Below are positions 1-10,164 of a stretch of DNA of 64,000 nt, piece after piece. Both the position numbers and the translations under genes were made by a program. The DNA comes from Pseudomonadota bacterium (GTDB lineage: Bacteria > Pseudomonadota > Alphaproteobacteria > Rhodobacterales > Rhodobacteraceae), in assembly GCA_039030095.1 (NCBI GenBank), contig JBCCET010000004.1, forward strand, positions 16,057-80,056. The letters run 5' to 3'. Every line of letters begins with the position of its first letter. Position 1 is the stretch's first letter. The notes below the pieces were generated by a model. The model saw only the letters and a list, made by a program, of their open reading frames with translations, was not told the DNA's origin and did no database searches.

Positions 1-639
1 TTGCGGGTCATAGGCCGCCACGTTGTCGAGCGTCTGGCCCCATTCGGCGAAATGCCCGTCGCCGCAATAGCAGGCGGAGTGCTTTTCGACGATATCACCG
101 GTGAACATGACCTGCTCATCCGGCACCCAGATCACGCTGTCACCTGCGGTATGCGCCCGCCCGATCTGTTTGATCTCTACCTTCCGGTTGCCAAGGTAGA
201 CGGTCATGGAATCGGAAAACGTCATAGTGGGCCAAGTCAGGCCCGGAATGCTTTCGTGGCCTTCAAAAAGGCGGGGGAAGCGTTGGAATTCGCTGTCCCA
301 ATCTTCTTGCCCGCGTTCGGCCACCATGCCGCGCGCGGCGTCTGACATGATGATCTGCTGCGCGTTGAATGCCGATGCACCCAGCACGCGCACGGCGTGA
401 TAGTGGGTCAACACCACGTGGGTGATCGGTTTGTCCGTCACCTCGCGCACTTTTTCGATCACGAGGTTGGCGAGGCGCGGGGTGGCCTGCGCCTCCACAA
501 TCATTACGCTGTCATCGCCGATGATCACGCCGGAGTTCGGGTCGCCCTCGGCCGTGAAAGCCCAAAGGTCTTTGCCCACTTCGGTGAAGCTGATCGTCTT
601 TTCGCTGAGGTCGCCCTGACTGGCGAAGGCTTTTGCCAT
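1..639 (-). CDS. MBL-fold metallo-hydrolase (3' end runs off the left edge of the window)
   Basis: Absent from the supplied ORF track because it has no stop in the window. Manual reverse-complement translation from the ATG at 639-637 stays open to position 1: MAKAFASQGDLSEKTISFTEVGKDLWAFTAEGDPNSGVIIGDDSVMIVEAQ...HVVLTHYHAVRVLG...IGRAHTAGDSVIWVP...MFTGDIVEKHSACYCGDGHF. The THxH / H / D spacing resembles the beta-lactamase fold. TAATG junction with the upstream gene. Confidence 0.6.
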   Translation of the reverse strand, partial: MAKAFASQGDLSEKTISFTEVGKDLWAFTAEGDPNSGVIIGDDSVMIVEAQATPRLANLVIEKVREVTDKPITHVVLTHYHAVRVLGASAFNAQQIIMSDAARGMVAERGQEDWDSEFQRFPRLFEGHESIPGLTWPTMTFSDSMTVYLGNRKVEIKQIGRAHTAGDSVIWVPDEQVMFTGDIVEKHSACYCGDGHFAEWGQTLDNVAAYDPQ

Positions 640-1226
640 TATCCCATCCCGTGTTTGCCGCCGTCCCAGGCGGGCATTGCTGTCTTTGCAACCTGTGCAG
701 GGTGCGCTTCCATGTCTGTGGCCATCGTGTCGTTCCAGCGATTCAGGTAGCCAAAGAGCGCGATGGTACCGACGATTTCGACGATCTCTGCCTCATTGAA
801 GTGCTTCTTCAATTCGTCAAAGTGTTCGGCGCTGGCGGTGTTCGGCACGCTGGCCGCTTCGCGGGCCAGCACAAGGGCTGCACGCTCCGCCTCGGTAAAG
901 AGGTCAGAGGTCTCACATTCCCAAACCGAATTGATCTTCTCGTCTGCCACATCATAGACATGGGAAAGGTTCGCCATGTGGCCCTGACAATAAAGGCACC
1001 CGGTTGCCATCGACGTCATCAGCGCAATCATCATTTTCAGCGATTCCGGCACGTCCCCTTCGTAGATAACAGCCTGGTTCAGCGCCATGAACGCCTCGGC
1101 AATTGCCGGACGCCGCGCCATCGTCAGGATGGAGTTCGGCAGGAACCCGCGGATGCGGTCATAGCGTTCAAACCGGTCTTCGAATTGCGGCAGGTCGGCG
1201 CGGTCGAGAGGCGGGATGTGGGGCAT
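639..1226 (-). CDS. carboxymuconolactone decarboxylase / AhpD-like peroxidase-related family protein
   Basis: 195-aa ORF. The 'GCLYCQGH' CxxC-type motif sits in a helical context typical of the AhpD/CMD fold. Its stop overlaps the start of the downstream MBL gene. Confidence 0.7.
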   Translation of the reverse strand: MPHIPPLDRADLPQFEDRFERYDRIRGFLPNSILTMARRPAIAEAFMALNQAVIYEGDVPESLKMMIALMTSMATGCLYCQGHMANLSHVYDVADEKINSVWECETSDLFTEAERAALVLAREAASVPNTASAEHFDELKKHFNEAEIVEIVGTIALFGYLNRWNDTMATDMEAHPAQVAKTAMPAWDGGKHGMG

Positions 1227-1280
1227 GTGTTACTCCATTGAGGCGGGTAGTTTTTTGCAAAGTGAAGTCTGAAACAGCCA

Positions 1281-1643
1281 TCATTTACTTTCTGCCCGAA
1301 GGTCGAGAATGGTTTCAAACCCGCCAAAGATTAGTCGCGCACCGTCAAAGGGTGGGGTCTTGAACGCTTCAGCACGAGGGTCTTTCGTAATTGCTTCGTA
1401 AACACGCTGACGAACGTCTTTGTCCGCGTATTCGATCCAGAAAAGCACAACGACTTCGCCGTCGCGCAAGTCGACTGCCTGTGGGAAGGACGTCAGTTTA
1501 CCCGGCTGCACATCGTCGCCCCAGTTTTCCACAACGCGGGCTGCCCCGTGATCTATGAACATCTGCGACGTGTCTTGGATGTATTCGAGATACTGAGCTT
1601 TGTTTGCTTCGGGGACCGCAAGAAGAAAACCTTCGACGTACAT
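1281..1643 (-). CDS. DUF1428 family protein
   Basis: 120-aa ORF. 'MYVEGFLLAVPEANK...ARVVENWGDDVQPGKLTSFPQAV...EVVVLFWIEY' matches the conserved pattern I recall for DUF1428. Confidence 0.75.
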   Translation of the reverse strand: MYVEGFLLAVPEANKAQYLEYIQDTSQMFIDHGAARVVENWGDDVQPGKLTSFPQAVDLRDGEVVVLFWIEYADKDVRQRVYEAITKDPRAEAFKTPPFDGARLIFGGFETILDLRAESK

Positions 1644-1660
1644 AGTTGGTTCGCCTTTTT

Positions 1661-2929
1661 CTAAGGATATTTCACGGCAGGCAGGATCGTCCCGGCACAG
1701 TCCCCGAACCCGATGCGATAGCCGTCGCCCTGGGCATGGCCGCGCAGGGTGACAGTGTCGCCATCTTCGAGGAAGGTACGCGTCTCGCCACTGTCGAGCG
1801 TAATCGGGTCGCGGCCCGCCCAGGTGATCTCCAACAGGGCACCGCGTTCGTTGACCTCCGGCCCCGAAATTGTGCCGGAGCCCAGCAGGTCGCCTACCTC
1901 CATTTGGCAGCCGCCAGAGGAATGGTGCGCCAATTGCTGTGCGGATGAATAATACATCTCCGAATAGTTGGTACGGCTGATGACGGTTTCTTGCCTGCTT
2001 TCAGGAGTCATGCCGATTTCCAGGTTGATGTCATAGAGCATCGGACCGGGTTCCTGCAGGTACGGCAGCAATTCCTTTTCCCGCTCAGGCGTTGTGGTGC
2101 GGAAGGGTTCAAGCGCAGCCTTGGTCACAACCCAAGGGGAGATGGTGGAGGCAAAGACTTTGGCCTGAAACGGGCCGAGCGGCTGGTATTCCCACGCCTG
2201 AATGTCACGCGCGGACCAGTCGTTGAGGATGACATAGCCAAAGATCATCTCGTCCGCTTCCGCCGCGGAAACTGGCTGGCCCATGGCATTGGCAGCGCCG
2301 ACCACCGCGCCCATCTCCAGCTCGATGTCGAGCCGTTTGCAGGGGCCAAAGCTCGGCGCGTCGTCGTTAGGGCCCTTTAGCTGGCCGTTGGGCCGGTGGA
2401 TATCGGTGCCGGACACAACCACCGTCGACGCGCGCCCGTTGTAGCCGATGGGGATATGCAGCCAGTTGGGCGGCAGGGCGTTTTCCTTGCCGCGGAACAT
2501 GGTGCCCACGTTCTCCGCATGGTTACGACCGGCGTAAAAGTCGGTGTATTCCGCCACCACAAACGGCATGGCCATCTGGACCTCAACCATCGGGATAAGG
2601 GCAGCTTCTTTCAAGGTATCGTTGCCGCGTAGGTCGTTACTGCCGCCGTCCGACAGAAGGTCGGTCAGGCGCGCCCGCAGGGCAGCCCAGGCCGCTGGCC
2701 CTTCTTCCATGAATTCGTTGATAAAGGGCACGTCGAATACTGGACCTTCGCTGACAGCGATGACCCCTTCGTCTTCCAAAAGCCCAAGATCGAGCACTTG
2801 GTCCCCAATCGCCACGCAGGGATGTCCGTCGCCGTCCTCATCAAGGAAAACGCCATAAGGCAGATTGTTCAGCGGGAAGTTCCCGTTGGGGTCGTTGGCG
2901 GCCTCAATCCAGCTTTTCGTAAGTGTCAT
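1661..2929 (-). CDS. fahA: fumarylacetoacetase
   Basis: 422-aa ORF with full-length resemblance to fumarylacetoacetate hydrolase (N-terminal FAH domain plus C-terminal catalytic domain). Adjacent to hmgA. Confidence 0.9.
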   Translation of the reverse strand: MTLTKSWIEAANDPNGNFPLNNLPYGVFLDEDGDGHPCVAIGDQVLDLGLLEDEGVIAVSEGPVFDVPFINEFMEEGPAAWAALRARLTDLLSDGGSNDLRGNDTLKEAALIPMVEVQMAMPFVVAEYTDFYAGRNHAENVGTMFRGKENALPPNWLHIPIGYNGRASTVVVSGTDIHRPNGQLKGPNDDAPSFGPCKRLDIELEMGAVVGAANAMGQPVSAAEADEMIFGYVILNDWSARDIQAWEYQPLGPFQAKVFASTISPWVVTKAALEPFRTTTPEREKELLPYLQEPGPMLYDINLEIGMTPESRQETVISRTNYSEMYYSSAQQLAHHSSGGCQMEVGDLLGSGTISGPEVNERGALLEITWAGRDPITLDSGETRTFLEDGDTVTLRGHAQGDGYRIGFGDCAGTILPAVKYP

Positions 2930-3018
2930 GGGTGTCCTTCGGCTTCTTTTTGGGTTTGTCCGCTTTCTTTGAAAGAAAGCGGCCGAAGTCTTTCAAAGAC
3001 TTCGTTTTTGCGTCTCGT

Positions 3019-4383
3019 TCAATCTTTAAGGCCCGGCGTACCGTCGAATTTTTTCTCTAACCCGTCCCAGCAGTCTACATAGTCATCCTGTAACGGCGCT
3101 TCGTTGGCAGCAAATTCGGTCAATTGCTGCGGGAAGCGGGTTTCAAACATGAACGCCATGGTGTTTTTCAGCTTTACCGGATCCCAGCTTTCTTTCGTGG
3201 CCTTCTCAAAGGCGTTGTTGTCTGGCCCGTGGGGCAGCATGCAGTTGTGCAGGCTGATGCCGCCGGGGATAAATCCTTGAGGCTTCGCGTCGTACACGCC
3301 GTACACGTTACCCATCAACTCGCTCATGATGTTCTTGTGGTACCACGGCGGGCGGAAGGTGTTTTCGTTCGCAAGCCAGCGTTCCGGGAAAATCACGAAA
3401 TCGATGTTCGCCGTGCCTTCTTCTGCCGTCGGCGCCGTCAGTACCGTGAAAATCGAAGGGTCCGGGTGGTCAAAGCTGATCGACCCAACCGTCGCGTAAG
3501 TCCGCAAGTCGTATTTGAACGGCGCATAGTTGCCATGCCACGCAACCACATCCAACGGCGAATGATCAATCTCGGTCGTGTGAAACTGGCCGCACCATTT
3601 GATCGTCACGCGGCACGGGCGGTCGCTGTCTTCGAACGCGGCAACCGGGGTCAGAAAGTCGCGTGGATTGGCCAGGCAATTTGCGCCGATGGGACCCCGC
3701 CCCGGCAAGGTGAATTTTGCCCCGTAGTTTTCGCAGACAAAGCCGCGTGCCTCGCCGTCGGGCAGTTCCACGCGAAACACCATGCCACGCGGCAAAACAC
3801 AGATCTCAAGCGGTTCCACATCCAAAATGCCAAACTCAGTAAAAATCTTGATCCGCCCGTGCTGTGGCACCACCAACAGTTCTGAATCGGCAGAGTAAAA
3901 GTGATCATCCACCATGTCCGTATTGGCAAGGTACACATGGGCCGCCATGCCAACCTGCGTTCCCACGTCCCCGGCAGTCGTCATCGTGCGCATGCCGGTC
4001 ACAAAGGTCAGAGGTTCCGTTGGAAAAGGAGCCGGATCCCAACGGTACTGTCCCAGACTGATCACATCCTCAACTACGTGAGGTGCCGTTTTCCAGTAGG
4101 GCATCTGCACCTTTTCAAACCGGCTTACATGCTTGACCGAGGGACGAATGCGATAAAGCCAGGACCGTTCCAGGGTGGCATGCGGCGCTGTGAACGGCGA
4201 CCCTGAGAGCTGTTCTGCATACAACCCATATTCGACCCGCTGCGGGGAATTGCGCCCTTTGGGCAGGGCGCCTGGCAAGGCTTCGGTTTCAAAATCATTC
4301 CCGAAACCCGGCATGTACCCTTCAGTGATCCCGCCGTTTGTGGGGGCCTGTATGAATCCTTTTGATGCGGTCTGCTTGTTCAT
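3019..4383 (-). CDS. hmgA: homogentisate 1,2-dioxygenase
   Basis: 454-aa ORF. '[42 protein letters not shown]' is the characteristic HgmA N-terminus. The length fits. Confidence 0.95.
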   Translation of the reverse strand: MNKQTASKGFIQAPTNGGITEGYMPGFGNDFETEALPGALPKGRNSPQRVEYGLYAEQLSGSPFTAPHATLERSWLYRIRPSVKHVSRFEKVQMPYWKTAPHVVEDVISLGQYRWDPAPFPTEPLTFVTGMRTMTTAGDVGTQVGMAAHVYLANTDMVDDHFYSADSELLVVPQHGRIKIFTEFGILDVEPLEICVLPRGMVFRVELPDGEARGFVCENYGAKFTLPGRGPIGANCLANPRDFLTPVAAFEDSDRPCRVTIKWCGQFHTTEIDHSPLDVVAWHGNYAPFKYDLRTYATVGSISFDHPDPSIFTVLTAPTAEEGTANIDFVIFPERWLANENTFRPPWYHKNIMSELMGNVYGVYDAKPQGFIPGGISLHNCMLPHGPDNNAFEKATKESWDPVKLKNTMAFMFETRFPQQLTEFAANEAPLQDDYVDCWDGLEKKFDGTPGLKD

Positions 4384-4484
4384 GATTTAGCCCCTGGCTC
4401 AAGCGCATGTGTCGCTTGGCCAGAGTATATTGTTGCAATTGCAACGAAGTCAATGCCCGAGGTGCTGATCAGCGATATCGACGG

Positions 4485-5297
4485 TCAAGGAACCTTTTTT
4501 AGCGTTGGAATGTGTTTCAGCGACTGCAAAGCCCAATTCTTAAACGCCTTTTCCCGTGCCGCCTTATCTACACCGCTGGTCTTGATCATCTTCATCAGCC
4601 CTTGGATCTTGTGTTCGATAGACTTGATCGCCTTTGAGGAAGCTTGCCAATCAGCTTGTTTCGGACCCGGTGTTCTGCTGAAACCAGCGGTCGCAGATTG
4701 CACCACACCGAACCGTTTTTGGATCTCTTTCAAGAGGGTCTTGAAGCTCTCCAGACTTGGATCCTTGGCAAGTGCCTTGAACAATTTGTCCAGATCGGAA
4801 ACGGCCTTGGTGTAACCTTGCGTCTGCTTTGCCAGTTGCTTTTTGGTGTTCACAATAAAGGTCTGATAAATCTTTAAGGCGTTGTAACTCGCGGCCGCAT
4901 TTGCCAACAGGGTTAGTTCTTTTGTAATTTCAGCTGATGCTGCCGCCGCGGATTTGGACATAGATTTGTTGGCCGCAGTTTTCTTGGCTATTGCGGCCGC
5001 GGCTTTCAGGTCTTTTGCGGCGGCTTTCAGATCGCTTGCACTGGCAACAGCAAACGACATAGCCGCTTCAAGCTTTTGGACGTTTCCGATCATTTCTTTG
5101 TCTTTGGACAGGCGCGGGTGAAGTGCCGAAAACTTTACTTTTTTCCAACTGACCTCGGCCTTTTCCAGCGCCTCTCCGAGCCCGGTTTTTGTCGCTTTGC
5201 TGGCTTTGTCTTTGAGGCTTTTCTTCTTTTTCCAGGCCTTGTTCGTCACCGTTTTTGGGTAGGTTGTGTCGAATCCGAAATGTTCTTTGTGCGGCAT
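4485..5297 (-). CDS. hypothetical Lys/Ala-rich, predicted all-helical protein
   Basis: 270-aa ORF. A strong SD (AGGAG) lies 7 nt upstream of the ATG at 5297. No family recognised. Low-complexity 'AAKDLKAAAKDLKAAAAIAKKTAANK' stretch. Visibly AT-richer than its neighbours (28/60 GC in 4861-4920 versus 40/60 in 2281-2340). Confidence 0.6.
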   Translation of the reverse strand: MPHKEHFGFDTTYPKTVTNKAWKKKKSLKDKASKATKTGLGEALEKAEVSWKKVKFSALHPRLSKDKEMIGNVQKLEAAMSFAVASASDLKAAAKDLKAAAAIAKKTAANKSMSKSAAAASAEITKELTLLANAAASYNALKIYQTFIVNTKKQLAKQTQGYTKAVSDLDKLFKALAKDPSLESFKTLLKEIQKRFGVVQSATAGFSRTPGPKQADWQASSKAIKSIEHKIQGLMKMIKTSGVDKAAREKAFKNWALQSLKHIPTLKKVP

Positions 5298-5449
5298 TTC
5301 GCGCTCCTTTCAAAATACAAAAGCGCTCGAAATCACGTGCCTTAGAAACCCTGCCTCAAGGTTGAAACCCTAGTGGCTACACCCTGCCCGTCAAGAACAA
5401 AATATGGCGCGAACCGGTATCTTGATACTTACCTACGCGCCCGCTTAAA

Positions 5450-5914
5450 GTGAACGTGTCAATCGCAACGAATTGGTTCCTTACCGTGTCGGACTTCCAT
5501 CTAGACGACTTCTTGCCGTACCAGTTAGCCGTCATAGCGGAGCGGGTAAGCCGAGAATTTGCGGCCTCCTACCGCGACAAATTTGGCATTAGCCGATCCG
5601 AATGGCGGGTGATCGTCCACATCTGGGCCGCGGCCCCGGTCAGCGTGCGCGAGGTCCACAAGCGCGTTGATATGGACAAGTCCAAAGTCAGCCGCGCGGC
5701 CTCCCGCCTGGAGGAGGCGGGCTTAATCACAAAAACCCAGGACGACGCCGACCGGCGGCTTTTGAAGTTAGAACTCACCGCCCAGGGCAGGTCCATGATG
5801 GCGGAGCTGTTGCCGCTGGCCGCAAAATATGAGGCTGAGCTGATGGCCCGTCTTGGGGATGAGGCGGACACGTTTCGCAGGCTGTTGAAGACCTTGCTGG
5901 TGGAGACCCCATGA
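5450..5914 (+). CDS. MarR family transcriptional regulator
   Basis: 154-aa ORF. Winged-helix MarR pattern ('SRSEWRVIVHIW...VSVREVHKRVDMDKSKVSRAASRLEEAGLI...DDADRRLLKLELT'). Divergent from hmgA and overlaps maiA by 4 nt. Confidence 0.85.
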   Translation: MNVSIATNWFLTVSDFHLDDFLPYQLAVIAERVSREFAASYRDKFGISRSEWRVIVHIWAAAPVSVREVHKRVDMDKSKVSRAASRLEEAGLITKTQDDADRRLLKLELTAQGRSMMAELLPLAAKYEAELMARLGDEADTFRRLLKTLLVETP

Positions 5915-6540
5915 CAGAAATCACTCTCTACGACTACTGGCGGTCGTCGGCCGCCTATCGCCTGAGGATCGCCTTTAATCTGGCAAAATTGCCGTTCGAC
6001 AGCGTATCCGTGGATCTGGTCGCAGGCGAACATCGGGGCGATGAAAACGCTGCGCGCAATCCGCAACGACTGGTGCCGACCGCCGTCGTTGATGGTCAGG
6101 TGCTGACCCAATCTTTGGCGGTGATCGAGTACCTATACGATACCGGGCACTATTTTTTTCTGCCTCAAGACATCCTGGGAAAGCACCGCGTACGCGCGCT
6201 TAGCTATGCGATCGCTATGGAAATTCACCCGGTCTGCAATTTGTCGGTTGCCAAATTTGCCTCTGAAAACTCAGGCGGCAACATCTCTATGAAGTCCTGG
6301 ATGCAACATTTCATACCCAAGGGCTTTGAAGGGGTGGAAATGATGCTGCATGACGCCGACACTTTTTGCCACGGCAACAATCTGACGATGGCCGATTGCT
6401 GCTTGATGCCGCAAATGTATAACGCCCTGCGGTGGGAAGTGGATATGACGCCTTTCCCGAAAATCATGGCAAAATATACTGCCCTGAAAGACGTCCCAGA
6501 AATTGCGGCAGCCCACCCGGATCGGTTCCAACCGGAGTGA
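5911..6540 (+). CDS. maiA: maleylacetoacetate isomerase (zeta-class GST)
   Basis: 209-aa ORF with a GST-zeta N-terminus ('LYDYWRSSAAYRLRIAFNLAKL...NPQRLVPT'). Completes the homogentisate pathway with hmgA and fahA. Confidence 0.85.
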   Translation: MTEITLYDYWRSSAAYRLRIAFNLAKLPFDSVSVDLVAGEHRGDENAARNPQRLVPTAVVDGQVLTQSLAVIEYLYDTGHYFFLPQDILGKHRVRALSYAIAMEIHPVCNLSVAKFASENSGGNISMKSWMQHFIPKGFEGVEMMLHDADTFCHGNNLTMADCCLMPQMYNALRWEVDMTPFPKIMAKYTALKDVPEIAAAHPDRFQPE

Positions 6541-6714
6541 CGCAATTCCTTGTCGCTCATAGCGCCTCAGGCCTACAGAGGCGCTTCGGCCGATTTGTTG
6601 GCCCACGAACCGGGCATATTTGTTGCCGAACCCGATGAGCCGGAGCTTGCGGAGGTGATCTTGCTGCTGGCCTAACACCTCGAACATTGGCCATACCGCT
6701 TGCGGTCGACGTCG

Positions 6715-6790
6715 GAGCCTCCGGCGGGGATACTTATTGCCCAAAGAAGAACGGACCCTGTCTTCTTCGGGCTTCAAATATCCCGGGGTG
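6715..6790. repeat. intergenic palindromic (long-hairpin) repeat element, copy 1
   Basis: Begins GAGCCTCCGGCGGGGATACTT and ends AAATATCCCGGGG. Inner arms gcccaaagaagaacg / ctgtcttcttcgggc can pair. The same termini occur at 53759-53890. Confidence 0.55.
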
Positions 6791-6857
6791 AGCGCCCAAG
6801 GGCGCGAGGGGCAGCGCCCCTTTACCGGCCCGGCCAGTGGCACTACACCTGATACCC

Positions 6858-8057
6858 ATGCTTTTGGGACGAAAAATACTCTTGATCATTGGCGGCGGGA
6901 TAGCGGCGTACAAATGTCTCGACCTGATCCGCCGCCTGCAGGATCGCGGCGCGACGGTTACCCCGGTGATGACACGGGCCGCAGAAGAATTTGTGACGCC
7001 GCTTTCAGTGTCGGCACTTGCCGGGCAAAAGGTCTATCGCGATCTGTTTGATCTGACAGATGAGGCGGAGATGGGGCATATTCAATTGTCCCGCGCCGCT
7101 GATCTGGTTGTGGTGGCACCTGCCACTGCGGACCTTATGGCCAAGATGGCCAATGGCATTGCATCCGATCTTGCGACCACACTGTTGATGGCTACAGACA
7201 AACGTGTGCTGATCGCCCCTGCCATGAACGTGCGCATGTGGGACCACCCTGCAACCCAGCGAAACCTCGCGACGTTGCAAGGGGAAGGTGCGCTGGTCGT
7301 CGGCCCGAACGATGGGTCCATGGCGTGCGGCGAGTTTGGACCCGGCCGCATGGCCGAAGTGCCGCAGATCATAGAAGCCATTGAAAATGCACTTATAAGC
7401 GGTCCGCTGCGTGGCAAACATATTGTTGTAACCTCTGGCCCCACACATGAGCCGATAGATCCGGTGCGCTATATCGCCAACCGCTCATCAGGCGCTCAGG
7501 GAACTGCGATTGCGGAAGCATTGCTAGGCCTTGGCGCAACGGTCACGTTTGTCACGGGCCCGGTGAACGTGGACCCGCCGAAAGGCGCCCATGTCAAACA
7601 GGTGGAAACCGCAGACCAGATGTTGGGTGCGGTCAAGTCCTCTCTCCCCGCAGATGCGGCGATTTTTGCAGCCGCCGTCGCAGATTGGCGCGTTGCCCAA
7701 GAGGCCACTTCGAAGATCAAAAAAGACGGGTCCGGGACCTTGCCGAGCCTGCAATTTGCGGAAAATCCGGACATCCTGGCAACCGTTTCGCAGATGACGG
7801 ACGGACGACCAAAGCTGGTTGTGGGCTTTGCGGCTGAAACAGATGATGTGATTGCCAATGCCACCGCCAAACGTAAACGCAAAGGATGCGACTGGATCGT
7901 GGCCAACGACGTGTCGCCAGAGACCGGCATTATGGGTGGCAGCGAGAACGACGTGACATTGATCGACGATACCGGGTCCGAGGATTGGCCACGCATGACA
8001 AAAGACCTGGTCGCCAACCGATTGGCCGCCAAAATTGCTGAGGCCCTGGATGGCTGA
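6858..8057 (+). CDS. coaBC: bifunctional phosphopantothenoylcysteine decarboxylase / phosphopantothenate-cysteine ligase
   Basis: The ORF track starts at 6837. The ATG at 6858 gives '[27 protein letters not shown]', the canonical flavoprotein N-terminus. The CoaB half is present ('[22 protein letters not shown]'). Confidence 0.9.
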   Translation: MLLGRKILLIIGGGIAAYKCLDLIRRLQDRGATVTPVMTRAAEEFVTPLSVSALAGQKVYRDLFDLTDEAEMGHIQLSRAADLVVVAPATADLMAKMANGIASDLATTLLMATDKRVLIAPAMNVRMWDHPATQRNLATLQGEGALVVGPNDGSMACGEFGPGRMAEVPQIIEAIENALISGPLRGKHIVVTSGPTHEPIDPVRYIANRSSGAQGTAIAEALLGLGATVTFVTGPVNVDPPKGAHVKQVETADQMLGAVKSSLPADAAIFAAAVADWRVAQEATSKIKKDGSGTLPSLQFAENPDILATVSQMTDGRPKLVVGFAAETDDVIANATAKRKRKGCDWIVANDVSPETGIMGGSENDVTLIDDTGSEDWPRMTKDLVANRLAAKIAEALDG

Positions 8058-8508
8058 CATCGCCGTTCGCGTTGCCTGGTTACCGGGTGCTGACCAGTCA
8101 CTTGGGCTACCCGTCTACCAAACCCAAGGGGCGGCGGGAATGGACCTGCGTGCAAATCTACCTGACCGAGGCACAATCACCCTAGTGCCCGGAGAAATCT
8201 CACTTGTCCCTACAGGTCTGTCCCTGGAAATTCCTGCTGGATTTGAAGCACAAGTTCGGCCCAGGTCCGGCCTTGCATTGAAACACGGTATTACATTGCC
8301 TAACAGCCCCGGCACAATTGACAGCGACTATCGCGGGCCTTTGGGGGTGATCATGCAGAACGGTGGTGCCGACCCGTTCACCCTGACGCATGGTGACCGC
8401 ATAGCGCAGCTGGTTTTTGCCCCGGTCGTGATTGTCGCCTGGCAGATGGTTACAGAGCTTGGCGAAAGTGATCGCGGTCAGGGTGGTTTTGGCTCGACGG
8501 GCGTCTAA
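8050..8508 (+). CDS. dut: dUTP diphosphatase
   Basis: 'GAAGMDLRA', '[23 protein letters not shown]' and '[10 protein letters not shown]' are dUTPase motifs. The ATG at 8050 has a GAGG 6 nt upstream and overlaps the coaBC stop. Confidence 0.9.
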   Translation: MADIAVRVAWLPGADQSLGLPVYQTQGAAGMDLRANLPDRGTITLVPGEISLVPTGLSLEIPAGFEAQVRPRSGLALKHGITLPNSPGTIDSDYRGPLGVIMQNGGADPFTLTHGDRIAQLVFAPVVIVAWQMVTELGESDRGQGGFGSTGV

Positions 8509-8579
8509 TTACATGATGACATAACCCGGAAACCCGCGGGCAATCGGGGGCGAGCCTTGTCTCAGCGCCGGAAAAACGG

Positions 8580-9614
8580 ATGATTTTGATGATCGCGCTC
8601 ATCGGCGGCGGTGTCTACACAGCGCGCTTTTTTGGCATGTCGCGGAATGTGCAAGGCGCCATTGTCGGTTTGGGCGTTTTGTTTGTACTGGCCGCCCAAT
8701 TGACCTTGCCAGACGGCAATCCGGTAAAAACCGCAACCGGCAGTCTTGCCGGCTGGACGGCGGCGGGGGTGGTCCTGGTGATCGTGATGCTCTATGCACA
8801 AATCCTCGGGAACCTTCGCAGCAAAGCCAAACCCCAAGCCAGCATTGCTACGGATCCCGCCAAGCTGAGCGCGACTGAGCTGGACCGCTACGCACGCCAT
8901 CTGGTTCTGCGGGAGGTTGGCGGACCGGGCCAGCAACGCCTTAAGAAAGCCTCCGTTTTGGTGGTCGGTGCTGGTGGTCTGGGATCGCCAGCGTTGCAGT
9001 ATTTGGCGGCGGCAGGTGTTGGCACCATCGGCGTCATCGATGATGACGTTGTCTCGGCATCGAACTTGCAGCGTCAGGTTATCTACCGCGATGACCAGAT
9101 AGACATGCCCAAAGTTTTCGCCGCCACCGCCAACCTGAAAGCTCTTAATCCGTTTTCCGAAATCAAACCCTACAACCGTGCATTAACCGAAGACATCGCA
9201 ACCGAGCTGATTTCAGAATACGACGTGGTGCTGGACGGCACAGATACGTTTCAGACCCGGTCATTGGTCAACCGAGCCGCTGTTGCGGCTGAACGACCGC
9301 TGATCTCTGGCGCTATCGGCCAGTGGGAAGGCCAAGTGAGCTTGTTTGATCCAACCCGCAATTTACCCTGTTACGCCTGCGTTTTTCCGACAGCCCCGCG
9401 TGATGGGCAAAGTTGTGCAGAAGCGGGTGTCATGGGTGCCCTGCCCGGCATCATCGGGTCGCTCATGGCAACAGAGGCCATCAAATTGATCACCGGCGCC
9501 GGCCAAACTCTGTCCGGGCGCATGTTTATTTACGACGCACTATATGGGGAGAACCGAACGGTGGAGATTGAAAAGCGCGCAGATTGCGCGGTCTGCGGGT
9601 CAGGCAATGGCTGA
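8580..9614 (+). CDS. moeB: HesA/MoeB/ThiF-family adenylyltransferase with an N-terminal membrane extension
   Basis: 'RYARHLVLREVGGPGQQRLKKASVLVVGAGGLGSPALQYLAAAGVGTIGVIDDDVVSASNLQRQ' is the E1-like Rossmann core. CxxC pairs are present ('CYAC', 'CAVC'). The first ~85 aa contain about 3 hydrophobic helices. Confidence 0.8.
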   Translation: MILMIALIGGGVYTARFFGMSRNVQGAIVGLGVLFVLAAQLTLPDGNPVKTATGSLAGWTAAGVVLVIVMLYAQILGNLRSKAKPQASIATDPAKLSATELDRYARHLVLREVGGPGQQRLKKASVLVVGAGGLGSPALQYLAAAGVGTIGVIDDDVVSASNLQRQVIYRDDQIDMPKVFAATANLKALNPFSEIKPYNRALTEDIATELISEYDVVLDGTDTFQTRSLVNRAAVAAERPLISGAIGQWEGQVSLFDPTRNLPCYACVFPTAPRDGQSCAEAGVMGALPGIIGSLMATEAIKLITGAGQTLSGRMFIYDALYGENRTVEIEKRADCAVCGSGNG

Positions 9615-10161
9615 ACCGTTAACAACCATGGCGGAATGTGAGGCGGCGTTCAGCCACGTGTTGGACGCCCCCAAAGACAATGCCGCGATAGAAATCCTGT
9701 GCTTTCGCCCCGACTTTGGCGAGCGCGACTTTCGCGACGAAATTGAATTGACGGTCGAACATGGCATTGTCGGCGAACGCTGGGGTAAGGCGCCTTGGCT
9801 GAAACTCAAAGACGGCTCACCTGATCCGCGCATTCAGGTATCCATTCTGGGACGTCGAACGCTGGATCTGTGCTGGCGTAATCGGGACACGACGATCTAT
9901 CCGGGCGACACCATGATCGCCGATCTGGACATGAGTGAGGCCAATTTGCCAGCAGGAACACGGCTACAGGCCGGAACCGCCGTGTTGGAGGTGTCGACCA
10001 AGTTCAACGACGCCTGCCCAAAGTGGATCAAGCGCTACGGTCGAGAGAGCTTCAACTGGTTCAACATCCGCGAAAACAGAACGCTGCGGTTGCGCGGTGC
10101 GCTGTGTATGATTGTCCAGGACGGGATCGTGCGCAAAGGCGATATCCTGCGGAAGATCTAG
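9607..10161 (+). CDS. MOSC domain-containing protein
   Basis: The ATG at 9607 overlaps the moeB-like stop. The size (~184 aa) and beta-barrel-like C-terminus ('LRLRGALCMIVQDGIVRKGD') fit the MOSC family. Confidence 0.7.
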   Translation: MAEPLTTMAECEAAFSHVLDAPKDNAAIEILCFRPDFGERDFRDEIELTVEHGIVGERWGKAPWLKLKDGSPDPRIQVSILGRRTLDLCWRNRDTTIYPGDTMIADLDMSEANLPAGTRLQAGTAVLEVSTKFNDACPKWIKRYGRESFNWFNIRENRTLRLRGALCMIVQDGIVRKGDILRKI

Positions 10162-10164
10162 CCA

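Noticed and set aside
6271-7051. ORFs 6271-6843 (minus, 190 aa) and 6737-7051 (plus, 104 aa) spanning the maiA-coaBC spacer.
   Set aside because: They have Arg/Pro/Gly-rich composition generated by the GC-rich palindromic repeat. They overlap real genes on the other strand.
7496-8176. 226-aa minus-strand ORF antisense to coaBC/dut. The 12808-13557 plus-strand ORF antisense to the cupin and dehydrogenase genes is similar.
   Set aside because: These are shadow ORFs typical of high-GC DNA. The opposite strands carry unmistakable family motifs.
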